Assembly (NCBI GenBank): GCA_902565955.1
Contig: CACFGR010000002.1
Coordinates: 1-42,840, forward strand
Direction of reading: 5' to 3'
Origin: an uncultured Pelagibacteraceae bacterium
GTDB taxonomy: Bacteria; Pseudomonadota; Alphaproteobacteria; Pelagibacterales; AG-422-B15
DNA length: 42,840 nucleotides
Shown here in pieces: positions 35,621-42,840 of the stretch; position 1 is the first letter of the stretch; each line of letters starts with the position of its first letter. The translations under genes were made by a program, and so were the position numbers. The notes under the pieces were generated by a model. That model searched no databases, was not told the DNA's origin, and worked only from the letters and a program-made list of their open reading frames with translations.

Positions 35621-36232
35621 ATGCAAACCATTTTACATAAAAATGATATAAGTTCTGCAATTGAATTTTCTGATATTATTGCTGCAGATTGTGAAATGAT
35701 GGGCTTGCAACCCGCACGTGATCCTCTTTGTTTAATGCAACTATACGATGGATCAGGAGACTGTCACATTATTCAGTTTATTGATAAGTCATTTCAAGCC
35801 CCTAACTTAAAAAATTTATTAAGTAGTAATAAAATGTTTATTTTTCATTACGCCCGACATGACTTAGCGGCGATCAAGCATGATTTAAAAGTCGTAATTA
35901 AAAATGTTTACTGCACCAAAATCAGCTCTAAAATTGCTCGAACGTACTCTCAGGGTCATGGGTATAAAGATTTGTGTAAAGAACTTCTTAATATTGAAAT
36001 ATCAAAAAAACAACAATCAAGTGACTGGTCAAACCCACATTTAACTCAAGAACAAATAAACTATGCAGCTACTGATGTGTTATATCTGCATGAAATTAAA
36101 ATTAAATTAGATGAAATTTTAAAAAGACAAAATAGAGAAAATCTTGTACGGGCTTGTATAGATTTCTTGCCAACTAGAGTTGAGTTAGATTTAAGAGGTT
36201 GGAGTAACGATATCTTTTCCCATTCTAGTTAG
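35621..36232 (+). CDS. 3'-5' exonuclease, RNase D-like DEDDy domain only
   Basis: 203 aa with the motifs ADCE, HYARHDL and YAATDVLYL. It has no room for HRDC domains. Confidence 0.8.
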   Translation: MQTILHKNDISSAIEFSDIIAADCEMMGLQPARDPLCLMQLYDGSGDCHIIQFIDKSFQAPNLKNLLSSNKMFIFHYARHDLAAIKHDLKVVIKNVYCTKISSKIARTYSQGHGYKDLCKELLNIEISKKQQSSDWSNPHLTQEQINYAATDVLYLHEIKIKLDEILKRQNRENLVRACIDFLPTRVELDLRGWSNDIFSHSS

Positions 36233-36241
36233 AAAGAAAAA

Positions 36242-37204
36242 ATGAAAAATTCAATCATCAGAGATGGAAAACAAGTTTTAGATACAGAAATTTTAGGTAT
36301 AAAAAAACTCTATAAAATATTTGATAAGAATTTTAGCAATGTGGTCGAAGCCATATCAAAAACTAAGGGGAAAGTTATAGTCACAGGTGTAGGCAAATCG
36401 GGTCATATAGCAAATAAAATATCAAGCACCTTAAGTTCTACAGGCACTCCCTCACAATTTTGTACTCCTACCGATATGAGTCATGGTGATTTGGGTGTAA
36501 TAAATTCAAAAGATACTCTCATAGTTATTTCAAATTCAGGAAATAGTATGGAGCTTAAAGATCTACTAGATTATTCAAAAAATAATTCTATCAAACTAAT
36601 TGGTATCTCCTCAAATCCAAATAGTGATTTAATAAAGCAGGCGAATATGAGCTTAATTTTGCCAAAGTCTAAAGAGGCATGTTCAATTGGTTTGGCACCT
36701 ACCACATCCACTACTATGACTTTAATTCTAGGCGATGCAATATCGGTATCTTTAATGAAACTCAAAAAATTTAAGTTATCTGACTATAAAAAACTGCATC
36801 CTGGTGGAGCCTTGGGTGTTAGTATGCTTCAAATTAAGGACATTATGCATAAAAAAAATAAGATACCAATTGTAAATGAAAATGAGTCTGCCAAATCTGT
36901 CTTAATAGAGATAACAAAAAAATCTTTAGGCCATGTCGGTGTCACAAATAGTAAGAATGAAATAATTGGAATTATAACTGATGGTGATTTAAGAAGAAAA
37001 ATAAATAAATCTTTTTTAAATCTCAACGCAAAAGAAATTATGACGGCAAAACCAATTCTTATTGAACAAAATAAGTTAATGACTGAAGCTATGAAAATTA
37101 TGAATAGAAGGAAAATTACATGCCTTTTCGTAGTTGATGAATCGAATTTAAAAATACCAATTGGAGTGGTTCACATACACGATTGCTTAAGATATGCCAG
37201 TTAA
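36242..37204 (+). CDS. kdsD: arabinose-5-phosphate isomerase (KdsD/KpsF family)
   Basis: 320 aa with a SIS domain (VTGVGKSGHIANKISSTLSSTGTP) and two CBS domains. It sits upstream of lptCAB. Confidence 0.9.
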   Translation: MKNSIIRDGKQVLDTEILGIKKLYKIFDKNFSNVVEAISKTKGKVIVTGVGKSGHIANKISSTLSSTGTPSQFCTPTDMSHGDLGVINSKDTLIVISNSGNSMELKDLLDYSKNNSIKLIGISSNPNSDLIKQANMSLILPKSKEACSIGLAPTTSTTMTLILGDAISVSLMKLKKFKLSDYKKLHPGGALGVSMLQIKDIMHKKNKIPIVNENESAKSVLIEITKKSLGHVGVTNSKNEIIGIITDGDLRRKINKSFLNLNAKEIMTAKPILIEQNKLMTEAMKIMNRRKITCLFVVDESNLKIPIGVVHIHDCLRYAS

Positions 37205-37688
37205 AATTATACTTAGAACTTGTATTTTTATTATTTTCTTCTGCGTATTTGCAAATGCTAATGAAACAGTAATTGAGATAGAAAATCCTAAGTTTACTGA
37301 AAAAGGTATCAATGAAAAAGTATATGAAATCAAAGCGAGCAAGGGTCTTCAATCTGAAGAAAAAATTGACCTAATTAATATTGAAGGTAAATTTAGAACT
37401 GAAAGTGGTGTTTGGATTTATCTCACAGCAGATAATGGTTTATATAAAAGGGAGCTTAATCAAATTTCATTACAGGAAAATGTTCACCTATATACAGCTG
37501 CGGATGACAGTTTTCACGCAGAAACCGCTGTCATTGATATTGAAATGGATACCATTACGTTCGATAAAAATATTAAACATACCTCTAACAGAGGTGTTAT
37601 TACTGCAAATAAAACCAGGATAACAAGTGATTTTAATAAATTAGTTTACGAAGGTAATGTCAAAACTAAAATTATTGATGTTGAATAA
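37194..37688 (+). CDS. lptC: LPS export protein LptC
   Basis: 164 aa with an N-terminal TM anchor and a beta-rich body. The call rests mainly on its position between kdsD and lptA. Confidence 0.7.
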   Translation: MPVKIILRTCIFIIFFCVFANANETVIEIENPKFTEKGINEKVYEIKASKGLQSEEKIDLINIEGKFRTESGVWIYLTADNGLYKRELNQISLQENVHLYTAADDSFHAETAVIDIEMDTITFDKNIKHTSNRGVITANKTRITSDFNKLVYEGNVKTKIIDVE

Positions 37689-38134
37689 TGATAAGAATTG
37701 CTCTTAATTTTCTTTTGCTTTTATTTTATTCAACCACTAGCTATTCTAGTGAAATAAATATTCTCTCAGACATCCTAGAGGTTGATAAAAAAAATAAAGA
37801 TACTGTTTTTATTGGAAACGTCTACGCTATTCATAATGATCTTGAGATATGGTCTGATAAAGTAACAATTTTTTTTAGAGATGAAAGTGACGAAATAAAA
37901 GAAATAGTAGCGAAAACCAAAGTTAAAATTAAAAAAGGTGATATGGTTGCATTAGGCAACACAGCAAATTATAAGCCGTCTAAAAATATTCTCACTATTA
38001 ATGGTAACGTTAAAGTGCAAGAAAAAGACAATATAATTAATTGTGATGAATTAGTTCTGGATCTTAACAAATCAACCAGTATAATGAGCAGTTACTCATC
38101 GAATCGAGTTAATGCAATAATAATTAACAATTAA
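37688..38134 (+). CDS. lptA: LPS transport periplasmic protein LptA (OstA N-terminal domain)
   Basis: 148 aa with a signal peptide and OstA-like repeats (GNVYAIHNDLEIWSDKV, INGNVKVQEKDNIINCDELVLDL). Confidence 0.8.
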   Translation: MIRIALNFLLLLFYSTTSYSSEINILSDILEVDKKNKDTVFIGNVYAIHNDLEIWSDKVTIFFRDESDEIKEIVAKTKVKIKKGDMVALGNTANYKPSKNILTINGNVKVQEKDNIINCDELVLDLNKSTSIMSSYSSNRVNAIIINN

Positions 38135-38139
38135 AATAT

Positions 38140-38892
38140 ATGTCATTAAAGCCAAAATTAATTTCATCAAATAATGGATTGCTTGTAAAAAATATTAGAA
38201 AGTCCCTATCAAAAAAGCAAATAGTGAGAGATGTAAGTTTTAGTTTGCAAAGAGGTCAAACCGTTGGCTTGTTGGGTCCAAATGGTGCTGGAAAAACAAC
38301 AACTTTCTATATGGTAATGGGACTAATAAATTCTGACGAAGGTGAAATATATCTTGATGAAAAAAATTTAACGTCTCTACCGATGTACAAACGCGCAAGA
38401 TTGGGCCTTGGTTTTTTACCCCAACAGCCCTCAATTTTTAGAGGCATGTCAGTAGAAGATAATTTATTGTCTATACTTGAAACTAAAGGATATCAAAAAG
38501 ATCAAAAGCAAAATATCCTTGAAGAATTATTAACTGAATTCTCTCTTACACACCTTAGAAGAGCAATGCCACACGTTCTAAGTGGTGGTGAAAGAAGAAG
38601 AACTGAGATAGCTCGATGTCTATGCTCAGATCCTAGCATTATATTAATGGACGAACCGACTGCAGGTGTCGATCCAATTGGTATTGATGATATTAAAAAT
38701 TTGATCAGACAATTAATGAATAAGAATATAGGCGTACTCATTACGGATCATAATGTAAGAGAAGTTCTTGATATATGTGACTATTCTTATGTTATGCACG
38801 CTGGTGAAATCATTGCCGAGGGAGATAGCAGTAAGATTTTAGGTGATAAAGAAGTTCGCAAGTTCTACTTAGGCGATTCATTTAGAGTTTGA
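38140..38892 (+). CDS. lptB: LPS export ABC transporter ATP-binding protein
   Basis: 250 aa with Walker A GPNGAGKTT, signature LSGGERRR and Walker B IILMDEP. Confidence 0.93.
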   Translation: MSLKPKLISSNNGLLVKNIRKSLSKKQIVRDVSFSLQRGQTVGLLGPNGAGKTTTFYMVMGLINSDEGEIYLDEKNLTSLPMYKRARLGLGFLPQQPSIFRGMSVEDNLLSILETKGYQKDQKQNILEELLTEFSLTHLRRAMPHVLSGGERRRTEIARCLCSDPSIILMDEPTAGVDPIGIDDIKNLIRQLMNKNIGVLITDHNVREVLDICDYSYVMHAGEIIAEGDSSKILGDKEVRKFYLGDSFRV

Positions 38893-38968
38893 TGGTGGAG
38901 CTAGTCGGACTCGAACCGACCACCTCGTCACTGCCAGCGACGCGCTCTCCCAGATGAGCTATAGCCCC
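38893..38968 (-). tRNA. tRNA-Ala (anticodon GGC), CCA encoded
   Basis: Hand-folded: acceptor GGGGCTA with the G3:U70 identity pair, anticodon loop CTGGCAG and T-loop GGTTCGAGTCC. Confidence 0.9.
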
Positions 38969-38973
38969 TAACG

Positions 38974-39342
38974 CTAATTTTCCTCTATTTCTTCCTCAGA
39001 ATGCTCACTAATACTTAAGTCATCAACTTCTTCATTGATAACAGAAACCTCACTATCACTTTCCTCTAGACTTATTGTGTCGTCATCTATGGCATCTTCC
39101 ATTTCAATATCTTCAATTTCAGCCATTGACTCCGATGCATCACTTCCAACTAAATTACCATCTGATGAAGTATCAACATCATCTGTAAAAACCTGCTTTG
39201 CATTATTTTTATTTACCTCATTTGATGGATCAGTGTACTCAGTATTACAACTTGGACAAATGACAGGTTTTCTATTCAAATCATAAAACTTTACACCGCA
39301 GTTTAAACAAACTACTTTTTTCCCCCACTCAGCTTTTGGCAT
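38974..39342 (-). CDS. zinc-ribbon protein with acidic tail (TIGR02300/FYDLN_acid-like)
   Basis: 122 aa with CLNCGVKFYDLNRKPVICPSC followed by a long D/E/S-rich C-terminus. Confidence 0.8.
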   Translation of the reverse strand: MPKAEWGKKVVCLNCGVKFYDLNRKPVICPSCNTEYTDPSNEVNKNNAKQVFTDDVDTSSDGNLVGSDASESMAEIEDIEMEDAIDDDTISLEESDSEVSVINEEVDDLSISEHSEEEIEEN

Positions 39343-39439
39343 ATTTAAAACTCTAGATAAACTTGGTTAATTTTTGATATATATAAAATAAACAATAAGA
39401 TATAACTTTAAACAAACATTAAAAATTGACAATATAAAA

Positions 39440-40723
39440 GTGATTAAATTACAAGGTTCGCTCAAAATATCAGGCGATAAATCTATTTCTCACAGAGCAT
39501 TAATATTTGCAGCTTTATCAGTTGGCGAGTCAAAAATTAGGAATCTATTAGAATCTCGGGATGTATTTGCAACAATAAATATCCTTAAGGAACTTGGAAT
39601 AAAGATCAGAAAAAAAAGTAACTTTTGGGTTATCAATGGCAATGGTACTGATGGCTTTCTTGAGCCAAATAAAGCACTAAATTGTGAAAATAGTGGAACA
39701 ACAGCAAGATTAATGATAGGCGCTGTTGCATCTAATCCAATTAGTTGCACATTTATAGGTGACAAGTCTCTAAGCAAGAGATCCATGTCAAGAGTAACTA
39801 ACTATTTGGAAAAAATTGGCGCTGAAACGAAATTAACTAAAGAGAACTATTTGCCATTAATGATTACTGGAAGTAATAATTTATTACCATATAACCATTC
39901 ATGCTCTATCCCATCAGCCCAAATAAAATCAGCACTTATTTTGTCTGGCCTTAATATAAAAGGCAAAACTACAATAATCGAAAAAAGAAAAACAAGAGAT
40001 CATACTGAAAGATTAATGAAATATTTAAATTTGAATTTTAAAATAAAAAAATTCAAAAATAAACAGACACTATTAGAGTTAAACGGACCCTACGAAATAA
40101 AATCAAAAGATATAAGTGTTGCAAGTGATCCATCAAGTGCAGCTTTCTTTATTGTTGGAGCACTAATCACACCTGGCTCAAAAATTAAATTGACAAATAT
40201 TGCGTTAAATCCAACACGTATAGAATATATTAAAATATTAAAGAAAATGGGCGGTAATATTAGGATAAAAAAAACAAGAAAACTTTGCGGCGAAGATGTT
40301 GGTACAATTTCAGTTAAATCAAGTAAATTGAAAGGAATAAATATTGACTCAAAATTATCACCTCTATTGATAGATGAGTACCCAATTCTATCTATTGCTG
40401 CAACGCAAGCAAAGGGAGCTATGACTATGAAAGGTCTTGGAGAATTAAGGCACAAAGAAAGCGATAGAATTAAAAGTATTGTTATTAATTTGAACAAATT
40501 GGGTTTTAACGTAGAGGAAAAAAATGACAACATAACAATAAGATATTCAAAAACTGTAATAAAAAATGTAAAAAAAATTAGAACTTATGGTGACCACAGA
40601 ATAGCTATGTCATTTTCAATTCTTAATCTCTTGTATAAAGATAGAATTTTAATTGATGATAAAGATTGTATCGCTATAAGCTACCCAAAATTTTTTCAGC
40701 ATCTCAAACAATTGCAAAAATGA
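39440..40723 (+). CDS. aroA: 3-phosphoshikimate 1-carboxyvinyltransferase (EPSP synthase), GTG start
   Basis: 427 aa with SGDKSISHRALIFAAL, NSGTTARL and a GDHRIAMSF-type C-terminal motif. Confidence 0.93.
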   Translation: MIKLQGSLKISGDKSISHRALIFAALSVGESKIRNLLESRDVFATINILKELGIKIRKKSNFWVINGNGTDGFLEPNKALNCENSGTTARLMIGAVASNPISCTFIGDKSLSKRSMSRVTNYLEKIGAETKLTKENYLPLMITGSNNLLPYNHSCSIPSAQIKSALILSGLNIKGKTTIIEKRKTRDHTERLMKYLNLNFKIKKFKNKQTLLELNGPYEIKSKDISVASDPSSAAFFIVGALITPGSKIKLTNIALNPTRIEYIKILKKMGGNIRIKKTRKLCGEDVGTISVKSSKLKGINIDSKLSPLLIDEYPILSIAATQAKGAMTMKGLGELRHKESDRIKSIVINLNKLGFNVEEKNDNITIRYSKTVIKNVKKIRTYGDHRIAMSFSILNLLYKDRILIDDKDCIAISYPKFFQHLKQLQK

Positions 40724-41397
40724 AAATCATTACAATTGACGGCCCTGCATCTGCTGGAAAGACGGTTATAGCAAAAAAAATTTCTAAATACTTTAATGCA
40801 CCAGTTTTATTTAGTGGGCAACTTTATAGAAGTATTGCTTTACTAATGATCAAAAAAAAAATCAAACTACAAGACAAAGGAAATATTATTAAATGTATTA
40901 ATGAAATAAAAAATTTGGAATTATCACTCCATGATCTTTATACCACAGAAATTGACAAATTATCCTCTACAATCTCAACAAAAAAATACGTAAGGGATAG
41001 CTTATTAAAATTACAACGAGGTTTTCCATTACAGTTTCCAAAAAGAACAAAATTTTGTATTATTGAGGGAAGAGATATAGGAACAGTTGTGTTCCCAGAG
41101 GCAGATCATAAATTTTTTATGTGGGCAAATGCTGATATTAGGGCTAAAAGAAGGCTCGTTCAGTACTTGGAAAATGGTAAAAAAGCAAGATTAAATAAGA
41201 TTTATGAGGAAATTCTTAAACGGGATAGAAAAGACTTTAACAGAAAAATAGCGCCTTTAAAACCAGCAGTAAATTCAGTATTGCTAGATACTAGTTATCT
41301 TGATATAGAACAAGTCTTTAAAGCTATACATGAAGTATTAATAAATAAGATAAATGACAAAAGAGACGATAAATCAAAGCCAATCATCAGAATTTGA
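40720..41397 (+). CDS. cmk: cytidylate kinase
   Basis: I moved the start to MKIITIDGPASAGKT (P-loop at the N-terminus). It overlaps the aroA stop (ATGA). Confidence 0.9.
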   Translation: MKIITIDGPASAGKTVIAKKISKYFNAPVLFSGQLYRSIALLMIKKKIKLQDKGNIIKCINEIKNLELSLHDLYTTEIDKLSSTISTKKYVRDSLLKLQRGFPLQFPKRTKFCIIEGRDIGTVVFPEADHKFFMWANADIRAKRRLVQYLENGKKARLNKIYEEILKRDRKDFNRKIAPLKPAVNSVLLDTSYLDIEQVFKAIHEVLINKINDKRDDKSKPIIRI

Positions 41398-42840
41398 GTC
41401 CTTACTAGCAGACTCAATAAGTAACTCAAAATTAAAAGAAGGCTCAATAATAAAAGGAATAATTGCTGAAATAGAGTCAGATGCAATAATAGTTGATATA
41501 GGAGCAAAAGTGGAAGGTAGAATTTCAAAAAGAGAATTCGCATTTCAAAAAGATCAAAAAGAATTACAAGTAGGTGATAAAATTGATGTTTATCTGGATA
41601 AAATAGAAAATCATAATGGTGAATGTATTCTTTCAAGATCAAAAGCTAAGTCAAAAGAAATTTGGAGTGAGATTGAAAAGTCATATGAGTCAGGAGAATT
41701 AGTCGAAGGCGTCATTACCGGGAAAGTAAAGGGTGGATTGTCATGTGAAATAGGCGTAACCGCATTCCTACCCGGTAGTCAAATTGATACAAGACCAGTT
41801 AGAGATATTTCTCATCTTATTGACGTACCTCAAAAGTTTAAAATTCTAAAAATGGATTTAAAAAGAAACAATATTGTTGTTAGTCGTAGAGCGGTATTAG
41901 AGGAAATGCACAAAGAGGTAAGAGAAGAAAGATTCTTACAATTGAAATTAGGTGACGAAGTTAGTGGTAAAATTAAAGCGATTACGGACTACGGTGCTTT
42001 TGTAGATCTTGGGGGTTATGACTCATTACTACATAGCAGTGACATAACTTACAAGAGAATAGGCCATCCATCAGAAGTTCTTAAAATTGATCAGCAAGTT
42101 AAGGTTAAAATTATCAAAGTTGATCCAGAAAAAAATAGAGTGTCAGTAGGAATGAAGCAACTTGAGGAAGATCCTTGGTCAAAAGTCAAAGAAACTTTTA
42201 AAGTTGATGACAATGTTAGTGGTGTGGTTACAAACGTAACTGACTATGGAATATTTATTGAAATTGAAAATGGTGTTGAAGGATTGTGTCATAAAGATAT
42301 GCTAACCTGGAGTTCTAAACAAAACTCAAAACCTGGCAATTTGTATGCAAGATCTCAGTCTGTAGAATGCAAAATTCTTGAAATAGATCATGAGAAAAGA
42401 AGATTAAGTCTTGGTATTAAACAATTATCACAAAATCCCATAGAATTATTTAATAAAGAAAACCCTGTTGGATCTATCATTGAAAGAAAAATCAATGGTA
42501 TTAAAGATGGAATAATTTTTTGTGAACTTGATAGTGAATTAGATGGAGCATTGTTTAGCAAAGATCTTTCATGGGAAGGAGATCCAAAAGAAGAAATTAA
42601 AAAATATAAAATAGGCGATACTTTGAAGGTTAAAATAATTAGCAACGACAATGATAAGATATCTCTTTCAGTGCGAGAGATTGAAGGGAATCCATTCGAA
42701 GAATTACAAGGTAAGAAAAAGGGTGATACTGTAACTTGTAATGTAGTAGAAACTGCCGATTATGGATTAAAAGTTAGAGTTGGTGATAAGGGTCCTCTTG
42801 CTACGATTAAAAAGAATGAGCTTGCTCTGAGAAAATCAGA
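41354..42840 (+). CDS. rpsA: 30S ribosomal protein S1 (3' partial, runs off window)
   Basis: This ORF is not in the track. My hand translation gives MTKETINQSQSSEFESLLADSISNSKLKEGSIIKGIIAEI..., followed by repeated S1 domains (GKVKGGL, ITDYGAFVDLGG, VTDYGIFIEI). The frame stays open to the window end. Confidence 0.93.
   Translation, partial: MTKETINQSQSSEFESLLADSISNSKLKEGSIIKGIIAEIESDAIIVDIGAKVEGRISKREFAFQKDQKELQVGDKIDVYLDKIENHNGECILSRSKAKSKEIWSEIEKSYESGELVEGVITGKVKGGLSCEIGVTAFLPGSQIDTRPVRDISHLIDVPQKFKILKMDLKRNNIVVSRRAVLEEMHKEVREERFLQLKLGDEVSGKIKAITDYGAFVDLGGYDSLLHSSDITYKRIGHPSEVLKIDQQVKVKIIKVDPEKNRVSVGMKQLEEDPWSKVKETFKVDDNVSGVVTNVTDYGIFIEIENGVEGLCHKDMLTWSSKQNSKPGNLYARSQSVECKILEIDHEKRRLSLGIKQLSQNPIELFNKENPVGSIIERKINGIKDGIIFCELDSELDGALFSKDLSWEGDPKEEIKKYKIGDTLKVKIISNDNDKISLSVREIEGNPFEELQGKKKGDTVTCNVVETADYGLKVRVGDKGPLATIKKNELALRKS

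Noticed and set aside
41295-41642. 115-aa leucine-rich ORF on the minus strand, and the 42388-42651 minus-strand ORF
   Set aside because: Both are shadow frames of cmk/rpsA. The L/F/Y repeats simply mirror the K/E-rich S1 coding sequence.
1-42840. Mobile elements, CRISPR arrays, prophage or defence-island content
   Set aside because: I saw no transposase, integrase or recombinase-like ORFs, no regularly spaced direct repeats, no long terminal inverted repeats, and no compositional island other than the two tRNAs and the LysE leader.

Overview
The window is very AT-rich (about 30% G+C by eye, not computed) and extremely gene-dense. It looks like a chromosomal segment of a streamlined marine alphaproteobacterium, SAR11/Pelagibacterales-like; this is inferred from composition, gene content and packing, with no database search. 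I support 46 protein genes and 2 tRNAs. I saw no rRNA, CRISPR array, transposase or integrase.

Gene content, left to right:
- fatty-acid hydroxylase (5' partial), two small orphan genes, a cold-shock protein and a MATE exporter
- an ATPase-less amino-acid ABC pair, selO and a YjbQ-family gene
- cytochrome c' divergent from a cytochrome b561 / carboxyltransferase / maleate-isomerase-like run
- a LysE exporter, DUF2061, MFS and an ACC deaminase (acdS)
- tRNA-Ser, then lepA-pheT-pheS-rplT-rpmI-infC-thrS
- GT9 and GT4 glycosyltransferases, a hydrolase, an EamA transporter, an SDR, queG, gltD-gltB and uppP
- an NDUFA9-like SDR, a short RNase D-like exonuclease, kdsD-lptC-lptA-lptB and tRNA-Ala
- a zinc-ribbon acidic protein, then aroA-cmk-rpsA (3' partial)

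The strongest unexplained signal is a 62% G+C structured element with a U8 intrinsic terminator in the 5' leader of the LysE-family exporter (about 10594-10735, minus strand). It has promoter / aptamer-like region / terminator / start-codon architecture, and I cannot assign it to a known riboswitch class.

Other points worth a second look:
- a tandem DnaA-box-like repeat just upstream of that leader
- two copies of an 11-bp palindrome in the gltDB/uppP control region
- an orphan carboxyltransferase translationally coupled to a two-cysteine isomerase
- a 54-codon two-TM ORF missing from the ORF track
- a canonical ACC deaminase
- a ThrRS lacking the TGS domain
- infC with a non-AUG start
- repeated stop-on-stop overlaps of convergent genes
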